The notes beneath the pieces are model-generated. The model did no database searches and was not told where the DNA came from. It was given only the letters and a program-made list of their open reading frames with translations. A stretch of 64,000 nucleotides of DNA. Source: Trypanosoma brucei. Lineage: Eukaryota. Below, piece after piece: positions 33,801-43,932 of this stretch. The DNA is taken from assembly GCA_000002445.1 (NCBI GenBank), contig CM000208.1, forward strand, positions 96,001 to 160,000, in the 5' to 3' direction. The position numbers and the translations under genes were made by a program. The first letter of the stretch is position 1; every line of letters begins with the position of its first letter.

Positions 33801-35330
33801 TTTTTTTTTTTTTAGCATATTTATATTTATATCTATCGGCATGTTCATATTCGTTTCTTTTTTTTTTTAATTTGGTAGAATTCTTTTTGTTTAACTCTTT
33901 GGCATTCCATTTCCCATTCGTCCTCTTTTGCACGCAAACGTGTGGCTGAGTGGTGGAATCTGCCGGTAATGAAGAAATAAAACAATAAATGACAATTAAA
34001 AAAGAAGAAAAGAGAAACAATAATGATAAAACAAACTCACATTTCTTTTTTTTTTTTAAAGAAAAAGGTGCGAAATTATTAACGTAATGAATTAAACAGG
34101 TGACTATTTGACAGAAAGATGTGAATAACTACAGAAATTTGAGAGAAAGAGAAAAGAAACGAAAAAAAAAAGGACAAAAAAAAGAAGGAATAAATCAACA
34201 AAGTAATATGAAAAAAAAATGTGATTCACGTATGTATTAATGTATGAAACACATTTATGTCTCAATGGATTTTGCTGCTTTTTCTCATTATATTTATGTT
34301 TGTCTCTCGATGTATTTATTTCTTTATTTATTTTTTAAATATGTGAAAGGAATTTATTTGTGACGCGTCAGGAACTCCTCGCGCCTGTTATCATTTCACG
34401 TAATGGAGAATAAATAAATAAATATTTATATTTACGCGCTCGTTTTGTTGAATTCTTATCCTTCATCATATCCATTGTACCATTTTTATATTTATAATTC
34501 ATCTATTCAATTTTATTCTGTTTCTTGTTTTACCTATTTATTTTTCATCTGTACACGAATTAACAGATTGCGTTTAGCAGTTATCAATTCAGTTCCAAAA
34601 AAAAAAAAGAGAGAAGGCATATTCTTTCTGTGTATGAGTTCACAAAAAAAAAAGAAAATGTTATTAAATGTATTCACGTGTCGTTTTGCTTTCTTTTTTT
34701 TTTGTTTCCCCTTCACTCTGCTCAGACACTCTACAAGGAGAAAAAAGATGTTTTCTTGTTGTTGTTATTATTATTATTATTTCGTTCATGTTGTTTTGTT
34801 CTATTCTGTTTTTTTTCCTTTTCCTTTTGCTACCCGGTGCGAAAACGGTATCTTCTTTAATATGGTGAAGTGAGCGAGTAATAGCTATTTTTAAAAAAAA
34901 TAATCAAACGATAAAAGTTAAAAATGAAAAAGGAAATGATGACGATGACGATGGCGATGGAGAATAAAATAGGGAGAAATGTACGATTGACTCCCACTTA
35001 TTTCATTCCATTCTTCCCTCTGTTTATTGTTTCTTAAATATGTGTTCTTATTCTCATTTTTGTTTCGGTCATTTCTTAATACATTACTGCCTGCTCTTCT
35101 TTTTCTCTTTTTTTTTATTTCAACACGTTGCGTATCAAATAGTAATACACAACAGGTGACGAGGAGCTTCCTTCCCCTCCTTCCCTTTTTTCTCCTTTTA
35201 AAAGATAAAAAGAAAACATTAATCACAAACATATCTGTACGTTTGGGAGGAATAACGACGGAGGGAAGGTACACATATTTTCATTGAAAGAATCAAAAAT
35301 AAAAAATCTTTTAAAAAAATATTACATCAC
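30803..35330 (+). other. ~4.5 kb gene-free, extremely T-rich low-complexity region (probable long UTR or intergenic)
   Basis: No ORF with protein-like composition is present; all ORF-track entries there are F/L/S-rich translations of T-runs. The + strand carries many T-runs, (ATT)n/(GTT)n tracts and (AT)n. Small islands of normal-complexity sequence at about 32040-32110, 33700-33760 and 34360-34420 contain short palindromes. Confidence 0.7.
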
Positions 35331-36335
35331 ATGCCTCTCATGTCTGCAGATGGAAGTGGTGAATTGCCACCCGTAATGCTCCATCGCTATCCGGTAACAC
35401 TTGGACTTCCCACGGCGGATCCATATGCACTTGCTATCGAGTGTATGTTACGAATTGTTGGGGCACATTACAAAAAAAGAGATGGAGGACTACCCGTTAC
35501 ACTCGAAGTGCCAGTTGATGGTAGGAATAAACCTGCGATGAAGCGACATGAGGGTCTCACGTCATGTTTACAATTAATTGAGTCCGCCACACATCAGGAC
35601 GCGGAAGTAATCACATCGGCACTTGAACCGGAGGCGTTGTGTGTGCGACTTACGGCTGAGGTGGTGTTAATACCCGCGTTTGTGTATATAACGCATAGTG
35701 ATGCCGGAATTTTACGTAATGCCATTCAAAAGGCGGTAGAACCAAAAGTGGCGAGCATGTGGCAACGGTTCCGCGGTTCATATTCCCGTCACGTGGTGCA
35801 ACAAACGTCTTTTTGTCGGTCGTATAAAAATATGGGTGAAGCCATCGAGAATGTGGAGCGCTGCCTTCGGGCGATTGAAGCAATTTGTTCGATTAACACG
35901 GCTGGTAATGGGATGTTCATTCTTGGTACTGAGAGACCATGCAGTGCTGACGCGTTAATATACGCGGCAGCTTCTTCTTTTTTTCATGCTGATTTTGCTT
36001 CCCGCCAGGCATCAGGCGATATTATTGCAATGCAGCAGCGGTTAAGGGAAGGATGCCCCACATTACTGACTTACGTGGAGCGACTCCGTGGGTTATATTT
36101 CGAAGATTACAGTGCCTTCTACCACCTGCGTGCCCCAACCTGTGGAATGGAGGGTGAAGCTACGCAGAAGGCTGCAGAAGAAACTTTTGTTAGGGGACGG
36201 TGGAAAGTTTTGGCATTCACCGGCGTTTTCTCTATCACATATTTTCTTGTTGCAAATATAGATGTCTTTTCGGCAGTTCTGCTGCATTATCTGGAGGATG
36301 ACGGGGAAGAAGAGTTTTTAGAAGATGAAGAGTGA
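35331..36335 (+). CDS. hypothetical tail-anchored protein, possibly metaxin/GST-like fold
   Basis: The 334-aa ORF starts at an ATG. The C-terminus has a single hydrophobic segment (WKVLAFTGVFSITYFLVANIDVFSAVLL) followed by an acidic tail (EDDGEEEFLEDEE). The internal segment FILGTERPCSADALIYAAASSFFHADFA resembles the GST-C/metaxin motif. The family assignment is tentative. Confidence 0.45.
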   Translation: MPLMSADGSGELPPVMLHRYPVTLGLPTADPYALAIECMLRIVGAHYKKRDGGLPVTLEVPVDGRNKPAMKRHEGLTSCLQLIESATHQDAEVITSALEPEALCVRLTAEVVLIPAFVYITHSDAGILRNAIQKAVEPKVASMWQRFRGSYSRHVVQQTSFCRSYKNMGEAIENVERCLRAIEAICSINTAGNGMFILGTERPCSADALIYAAASSFFHADFASRQASGDIIAMQQRLREGCPTLLTYVERLRGLYFEDYSAFYHLRAPTCGMEGEATQKAAEETFVRGRWKVLAFTGVFSITYFLVANIDVFSAVLLHYLEDDGEEEFLEDEE

Positions 36336-37296
36336 AGAATCTCCAACAGATCACTCAAGTGAGTGATACATGAGGTAAAACAACAAAGGGGAGGAAGAAG
36401 CACCAGAAGGGAGTTGAATGGAGGAGCGAATGGAGTCCAACATTCATGAATGCGGGACGATATATATATATATATTAATGCATATAAACATGTACGCGTG
36501 AGAGCAGCGCTTGAAGGGAACGAAAGAAATTAAAAAAATTACGGATGTTTGAATGACAGATCCCTTTACTCTGAGAAGGTTCATCATTCAGCAACGCCGT
36601 TTCTTTTCCTTTATCTTCTCTATTCTATGGATTCTCCTGTGCCATGTGGGTTCGCGTTATAGTTGTATGTGTTGTCCCATTCTATTCTCCCTTTTTTTTA
36701 GTCTTAACGGGCACTAAAAGTGAGGGCAGTTAAAAATGTAGGCACGAGCAGGGTGCGGGCGAGGGACTTCCACTAACAAATCGTCACATTTCTCGTTTGT
36801 CTGCATATCTTTCTTTTTCTTGTTTTTTTTGTATTTCACAGGTTGTCACAACAGAAAGCGTTTCGTTGGTGTGTGTGTGTGTGTTTGTGTGTGTGCACGT
36901 TAGCGGTGTTGTTTACTTAGTCCCTATTTCGCTACCATCTATCAGTTTTGGTTCTGTTTTTTTTCTTTTAGTTTTCGTGCAAAAGTCTTTGTTATTGCCT
37001 TTTATTGAAATGTTGCTTTACTGTCAATGTTCCCCGTTCTTCTGCCTTTGTGCTTATCCTATTCTATCGCCGTTGATATGCGGCATGCAGTAGGTTTTCC
37101 TCCTTGAAGAAGGTGAAGGCAAGGGACCATTATTATTTTTTTTTTGTATTGCGGCAGAAGGTTGCGGAAGCTACTGTCAGTTCAACGATACTCAAGCGGT
37201 TACGTGTAAGCAAACAAAGGAGGGTGTTCAGGACACTATAAATTACTTCACAGTTTATTTACCTTTAAATCGTAATTGTCTTCACGTTTGGGTAAA

Positions 37297-38487
37297 ATGC
37301 AGGGCAGTTGGTCGGTTTTGAAGAAGAACTGTTCTAACTTCTTCCCTGGTTTACTCGCCTTTGCCCAACAGACGCAAGAGGCATACGGCATTTGGCTCCG
37401 AATTTATAACCGTCAACAAAAATATGGCCCAACAGACTTCGTTGAGCAGAGCGAAACATTTTCACCCGACTACCATAAACGCTTCCACTCACAAGACAAG
37501 AACATGTGGGTTGACAAGGAGCTCTGCACGGAAGTCTCCCAGAAGGAAGTGGCGCGTCTGATGACGTACAAACTTGACATGTGGCGTATGGCTCATTGCG
37601 CTGGTGCGTTATTGGCCACGGGTGGTTATGCCATTCCCTTCGGACTCTTTTGGCTCGCAAATGATACGTGGGTTCCATCATCTTTTAACCTTACTGGAGA
37701 GGAACTCCGGGCGTGGCGTGAAGCTCAGGACCTTTACCGTTACCGCAGTGCGCCGTCATATCTTACGGATACGAAATGGCACTTCGATTTTCATGCGTAT
37801 CCATGGAATGAAACACAGGAACGTGCCTGGGATGACTTGTTTGAGAAGAATGATGTTCGACGTGACCCTAAAGTGGTACGCCCCGCCGCTGAGATGTATG
37901 ACGGCTTCATCAAGTTTGAGTTGATTCGTCGCAAGTCTCTTCGTCATCTTTGCAGGAGCATGAACATTCCCACCTTTCCCATGCTCGCCCGCCTTTGCAA
38001 TGGTACACGGGTGCGTGACTACTGGAATTTGGCATGGTGTGAAGATTACATGGTCATAACGCAGCGACTGCACGAGTCCATGACGGATGAGGAACTATAT
38101 GACTATGCGTGGCGTCGGTATCTTGCCCCTTATGATAAGAACCTCAATCGAGAACAGCTTATGGAGCGTGTAGAGGATTATTTTGAGTTCCTTGGCCCTG
38201 ACTTCGTTGCCCATGGAAAGGCACCGAATCTTGTCATTTTAACCAATTATGTCCTTGGTTATTATAACGACCCCGCTTATCTGGAGGGAGACATATCGGA
38301 ACTGGACAAAAATGATTACGACCACTTAGCGAGTTGGGGGAAAGATGCGTTTCTGCGCCGACTCGAATTTGAAAACGGGCCTCTAAGAGATCAGGTGGAG
38401 GCGCACACACAACGTTTGTTGGCGGAGCGTGCAGCGATTGCAAAGGGTGATAATGCAGCCGCAGTGGAGGGCCGACACACAGCTTAG
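37297..38487 (+). CDS. hypothetical protein with one internal hydrophobic segment
   Basis: The ORF-track start at 37276 is TTG, and the first ATG is at 37297 (MQGSWSVLKKN...). The ORF is about 396 aa. A TM-like segment is MAHCAGALLATGGYAIPFGLFWLA. There is weak LETM1-like resemblance around LRHLCRSMNIPTFPMLARL, too weak to call. Confidence 0.55.
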   Translation: MQGSWSVLKKNCSNFFPGLLAFAQQTQEAYGIWLRIYNRQQKYGPTDFVEQSETFSPDYHKRFHSQDKNMWVDKELCTEVSQKEVARLMTYKLDMWRMAHCAGALLATGGYAIPFGLFWLANDTWVPSSFNLTGEELRAWREAQDLYRYRSAPSYLTDTKWHFDFHAYPWNETQERAWDDLFEKNDVRRDPKVVRPAAEMYDGFIKFELIRRKSLRHLCRSMNIPTFPMLARLCNGTRVRDYWNLAWCEDYMVITQRLHESMTDEELYDYAWRRYLAPYDKNLNREQLMERVEDYFEFLGPDFVAHGKAPNLVILTNYVLGYYNDPAYLEGDISELDKNDYDHLASWGKDAFLRRLEFENGPLRDQVEAHTQRLLAERAAIAKGDNAAAVEGRHTA

Positions 38488-39496
38488 TTACTGCGATATC
38501 AGCACGTTTTTGTATTGTGTTGTGTTGTTGTGAATTTGAGTGTGGAGTGGACTGTGTAGGAAGAAATAGTAGTAGGTGGTTTCACGCGCACATCAGATTA
38601 GGGAACGTAAAAAAAAAAAAGGAGAGACAGATCTGGGAATGAAAGAAAGGAGGGGGATGTTAGGACGCTTGTGTACCTTTCTCGTATATGAAGTCATGTG
38701 CAAGCTACGCTGATAGAGCAATAACATGGTGACAGAGTGAAAGGCAAAAGGCACTTGCAGAAGGGGGAATTTTTGTTTTCGTATTTGATATTAACTCTCC
38801 ATGTGTTGTCGCAGCGACTGTTTTCGCATATGACATAATTGCGCACATGACAGCATGCATCAGCAGTTTTGGTAGCATCTGCCTCATGTCAATGTTTGAC
38901 AGTCAAAGGTTGAAATCATGTCATGATGGAGGTGGTTCAACACCTCAAGGGGACTTTTTTTTTTTGAATATTTTGGCGATGCCTTCATGACGTTTATGCG
39001 GTGCAAGAAGCAGGTTCCCTTTATTCTTTTTACTTTCCAGATCTTCATCGGAATGTCCAATCGAAGTTTAGTGTGAATGAATGACTTTATATTTGTCTGT
39101 GTCCTTTTTGTTGTTTTGTGGTCTCCCATCTGAAACTCATTTTATTTTACTCTTTCTTTTATCTCATTATGATTTTACTCCCTCTGGAGGACAAAATCAC
39201 GTTTATCACCTCTTTTTTCTTTGCCCATTTAGGTAGTAGAGGTCACTAGGTCCTAGTTTTCTTTTTTAATTCCACTTCGCCACGTTACTCCAATCAAGCA
39301 AAGAGAAAAGGTAAAAAGAAGGGGAGTGAGTTGAGTCAGACAAGAAAAGAATACGTGGGTCGACGCAGTGTGATAATATAAAGGCGTGAAGCAGGGGGAT
39401 AAAAGTAAAGGAAAAGAGAAGTGGGAACGGTATCCTATTTTCACGCACCGTATACCATAGTGAGTTGCTAACACCGTATTTGATTACTTACGGAAT

Positions 39497-41563
39497 ATGG
39501 GCAATGAACCTGATGAAGCCCGAGTGGGCGGGGTGCCTGAAATGCCAAAGGTATATGAAAAGAAGCGCACCTGCACAGATATTGTGTTCCTGTGCCTTTT
39601 CTTCGTTATGTTGTTGGCTTTCGCTGCTTTAGGCATCATTGCTTTTGTGGACGGCGAAGCGAAGGATTCCCTGAATGGTCGTGACAGAACTGGGCGTTAT
39701 TGTGGTAGCGGCTCTCCTCCAGAGGGTTTCGCTGAAAGTATACCTCAGGGTGCACCTTTTCAAAGTAAAGTCTGGGGTGAGAACAAATATCTGTGGTATC
39801 CGTTCCCATTGAAGCAAACGGCAATGTCGTTGAACCCACTGCTGTACCTCAGTTTGGGTCTGTGCGTGCAGCAGTGCCCAATGGCAAATGAGAGGTTATT
39901 GGAGCGTCTTTTGAAAAACCCCTCTTCTGTAACTGAAGAGGAGAAGAATACCATGAAGGTGTACTCGTATGGAGGCAGTTCAGTTGTGGAGAGTGGCATG
40001 CAACCGGTCAATCATGCGTTTCCGGTTTACCACACGGGGCCCATTTTGCGGCGGTGTCTTCCCACCATCACTCAGCCACCCTCCGTGCGCGATCTATTGA
40101 TGACTTCAGAGTATAGTCAGAGGGTTTACGCATTTGTGTTGAAGGGTGTACTGGAGGTGAAGGCAAGTTGGAAGGTTTTTCTGTGCGCCGCCGCTGCATG
40201 TACGCTCCTGTGCTTCATTTTCTTGTTTTTGGTGCGTTTCCTAATCAGCTTCGTCGTGTGGGCGTCCATTATTGCATGCTTCCTTTTGCTGTTAAGCGGT
40301 GGGTGCATATGCATTCAGCTTTACCTTAACGACGGTCACTTTATGAACCTCCATTTAGACGTCACGAAGTACTCTGTTCTTTTGCTGTGCGTTGCTATTG
40401 GGCTTTGGATCGGGGCGCTGGTGTATGTTTTTGTCATTATTGGAGCATGCCCGAGGATCCGCCTGGTATGCGCCTTAGCGAAAATCGCATCGCGTGTTGT
40501 TGATAATGCGCCATCAACTGTGCTGTTACCGATTCTAATGAACGTGGCGATTTTGTGTCTGCTGGTGTGGAGTATTCTCGTTGCTCTTGGCTTGTACAAT
40601 GCTCGGAGAAAAACTGGGAAGATTTCGTTCGTGCCCGTAACCGACGCTATTGGCATTAATGACGGTTCATTCAAGGGAATCGGTGAGACAAAATTCTACC
40701 AGGGGGTTGTGGAAGGCGTGGAGCACCGCTACGCATTGGTTTACCTCTTATTTGGAGAGTTGTTTGCCTTCCTGTGGTGCGTATCATTCCTCAACGCCGT
40801 GTCCTTTACATCAATTTCTTTCGTCTCGACATTTTGGTATTTTTCGAACCTTAATGGTGGTAAGAAGAGGGTACCATTTTTCGGGGTGCTGAGAGCGTTT
40901 GTATGGACAGTGTTTTATCATGCAGGAACGCTGGCGCTGGGTTCTCTTCTAATTGCTATTCTTCAGATCGTTCGCATATTACTTGTTTATGCGGCAGAAA
41001 AGGCAGAAGAGGCAGTGGACAGACATGACTTAATCCAATGCTTGCACTGTTACTTGCAGTATGCTCTCCTCTGTTTCGAGAACTTTGTGAGTAGTATCAA
41101 TAAGAACATTTACGTCGTTGTTTGTCTGACCTCCGGGAGCTTTTGCACATCAGCCTGCACCGGCCTCTCAGTGCTTAAGGGTCATTCCTCTGATTTGTTC
41201 CTCATCTCGTGGATGGTGTTATGCGTAAAGATTTTGGGAAAACTGTTTGTTACTGTCGGAACTGTCGTGACTTCATATTTACTTTTTAAGCACACAACTT
41301 TGGCACCGGGTGTGGATTCGATGGTAATGCCTCTCATTTTAATTGGTATCGGCGCATATTTCCTCAGCGGTCCCTTTTTTGATGTTTTCGATTCCTCCAC
41401 ACTCGCCCTATTGATTTGTTACTGCTACGATCACCACATCAACCAATCGGTTGGAATATTTTACGTTCCTGCGGAACTTGAGCACCAACTGAGTGACTAC
41501 TCTCAGAAGAAAAAGTTGCGCCGCCTGAAGAACCAACAAGCGGCCGCACATAGGAGAGGTTAA
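39497..41563 (+). CDS. choline transporter-like protein (CTL/SLC44 family, PF04515-type)
   Basis: The 688-aa multi-pass membrane protein has a CTL-type N-terminus (KKRTCTDIVFLCLFFVMLLAFAALGIIAF) and large extracellular Cys-containing loops. The conserved C-terminal CTL block reads ...FYHAGTLALGSLLIAILQIVRILLVYAAEKAEE...LHCYLQYALLCFENFVSSINKNIYVVVCLTSGSFCTSA. Confidence 0.85.
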   Translation: MGNEPDEARVGGVPEMPKVYEKKRTCTDIVFLCLFFVMLLAFAALGIIAFVDGEAKDSLNGRDRTGRYCGSGSPPEGFAESIPQGAPFQSKVWGENKYLWYPFPLKQTAMSLNPLLYLSLGLCVQQCPMANERLLERLLKNPSSVTEEEKNTMKVYSYGGSSVVESGMQPVNHAFPVYHTGPILRRCLPTITQPPSVRDLLMTSEYSQRVYAFVLKGVLEVKASWKVFLCAAAACTLLCFIFLFLVRFLISFVVWASIIACFLLLLSGGCICIQLYLNDGHFMNLHLDVTKYSVLLLCVAIGLWIGALVYVFVIIGACPRIRLVCALAKIASRVVDNAPSTVLLPILMNVAILCLLVWSILVALGLYNARRKTGKISFVPVTDAIGINDGSFKGIGETKFYQGVVEGVEHRYALVYLLFGELFAFLWCVSFLNAVSFTSISFVSTFWYFSNLNGGKKRVPFFGVLRAFVWTVFYHAGTLALGSLLIAILQIVRILLVYAAEKAEEAVDRHDLIQCLHCYLQYALLCFENFVSSINKNIYVVVCLTSGSFCTSACTGLSVLKGHSSDLFLISWMVLCVKILGKLFVTVGTVVTSYLLFKHTTLAPGVDSMVMPLILIGIGAYFLSGPFFDVFDSSTLALLICYCYDHHINQSVGIFYVPAELEHQLSDYSQKKKLRRLKNQQAAAHRRG

Positions 41564-43384
41564 AATGAAAAAAAAATGAGAGGGTTGTGTGAGTATATTG
41601 ATATGAATTTAATCGTTAAGGCATGTTATGTTGTGTTATATTATTTGCATGCATACTTTGCTCTGCATCATATAAAGGGGTCACGTATTTTGCTGGCTGT
41701 TTTCCATTTTTTTTTTTCCATTTCCATTTCCCTTTTCTTTTTCGCTTTTTTTTCTTCTTCCATTTGGGCGTGCCACTTAATATTTGTTTCCTCTGTTCCT
41801 CCCCTACTGTTTTTCATAATGCTTTTTTTTTGTTGTTTACTCGACCGAATTTTCTTGTATTCCTTCCTTCTGTCCCATCTGTTGCTGCACAATATACTGT
41901 CTCTTTGCTATTTAAAAAAAAAAATCGGTGAGGTGGGGAACCTCCTTTAAAAACGTTTTCGAGCAGATGCGGATTTCTTCTTTTTTTTTTCTTTTGTTAC
42001 AATGTGTTTAATAATTTTTTGAAAAACAAACAAACAAACAAACAAAACTTACCCTTTTATAACTTCTTCATAACCGCTGCGGTGCTTCTCGGGCTCATAA
42101 GCCATTACTTTCTTTCTCTTTCAGAGTTGATGCTTTCTCTTTCTTTCTTTCTCTTTACCGCATGTAAAGGGAGGGTTAATGCATCCCAATAAGAAAAGTA
42201 AATTTTTTTAGGCTTATGTTTTATGTTTTGTGTTTTCGAAAAATATTTGTATGTTTTATTGGTGTATCAAATAGAGATGACTTTTGTGAAATAGTCGATA
42301 ACGGCAGTGATAACGATAAACGGAATTTTTTTTCTTTTTGACTTGAGGAGTGGTCTCATCCTTTTGGTTGTTATTGACGCTTGTTTTTTTTTCTTTCTTC
42401 CATTTCTTCATTCTTTTTTTTCTTCTTTGTTTTTCATATCCTTTTTTTTGTTTTGCAATTATTTACATTTATTCCTCCCTTCCGTATCTGTGGGGGAACA
42501 TTTTTGTTGTTGCCTAATTTCTTTTTTTTTGTTCCTTTTTCTTAAGTCGTTTCATTTCATAATGTTTTTTTTGCTTTTTTTTTGTGTGTTTGTGTTTGCA
42601 GTACCATATGGTGCTGCATTTATATTTTTATGTGAGTGAGTGTGTGTGTGTGTGTGCCATCAGTGTGTTTTTTTTTTTTTGGGGGGAGGTATTCTGCACA
42701 AAATCGAAAGAAAGGAAGAAAAAACGAAAAGGAAAGAAAAAAAAAAGAATGAAAAAAAATTAAGAAAAAAAACATCTCCAGATATTTTGCAAGCATATGC
42801 GGTGGCTTGCTGAAACGCATCTCTTCAGCATAATAAAGATGAGTTGTGTTGTACCTCACTTTTGTTTCTGTTTTTAAGTTCCTTAAGGCCGCTTACTTTT
42901 TTTGTTTTTGTTTTTGTTTTTGTTTTTTTTGTGGCGGCTTCTTGTCGTCTGCTGATGTTGAATTGTCTTCCGTTTTTTTTTGTTGTTGTATTTTTACTGT
43001 ACCTACATTTGTTGTGTTCACAAATATCAGGTGTTATTTTGTCCCACATTACTATGAAACTCGCTTCTTTATTATTGTTGTTTTTACCATTCAGTTGCTT
43101 CTCTTAAATATATATATATATATATAATTAAAAGAAATATGCGCTGCGTCTCATCTTTTCAATACGTTTTTCCCTCTTTTTTTTCCCCTCTTCCTCTACT
43201 CTCATTTTCCTCCTTCATAGTTTTAATTGTTTCATAGTTTTAAAAGGTGTAGTTTAAGGAAAAGATGTGCACATGTAACAAATGTTAGCGCTTCTGGTGT
43301 CTTTTTTTTTTTAAATTGCCATCATCACTATTATTGTTATAGTCATTATTAATCCTATTATTGCTTACATATTCCCCCCCCCCC

Positions 43385-43525
43385 CCACAAACACACACAC
43401 ACACTTTTTCTGCTACATTCTTTTTTTTTAAAAAAATTCGAGGGTGCGGTTGTACGTGCCACTGGAGGAGGAGGAAAAACAAAAAAAGAATGTAGCAGAA
43501 AAAGTGTGTGTGTGTGTTTGTGGAA
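43385..43525. repeat. perfect inverted repeat (hairpin): ~45-nt arms at 43385-43429 and 43481-43525 with a ~51-nt loop, preceded by a C16 tract (43374-43389)
   Basis: Arm 1 is ccacaaacacacacacacactttttctgctacattcttttttttt. Arm 2 is aaaaaaagaatgtagcagaaaaagtgtgtgtgtgtgtttgtgg, its exact reverse complement. This was checked base by base. It lies about 410 nt upstream of the SUB2 ATG. Confidence 0.9.
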
Positions 43526-43932
43526 AAGAAAGGATACTGATGAGTGCAAGAAAAAAAAGAGAGAGTTGGTTAAGTGTATTAAATTTTAATTAGTTTTGTT
43601 AATGATCGTGACTGCCTTTATTTTCTTCTTTTTCTTTCTTACACCTAATTTAATGGTGAGTTGTGCTTTACTCTTTTTTTTTTTTGTGAATTTATTCTTA
43701 CCATTTAATGTTTATATGGCATCAGCATTTTATGTGCCTTCAACATAAAAAATGTGATTTTACTCGCTTTATTGTTATCCATTACACCTTTCCCTCACTT
43801 TCTCCAATACTTTATTTTAAAAATTTTTGACAAATAATATATATTTTAAAATTTTTTCTAGTCATTGACAACAGGTTAGCAACAAGATTTCAAAAAAAAA
43901 AGAAAAGAAAAAGAAGTTAAAGATAAATTAAC

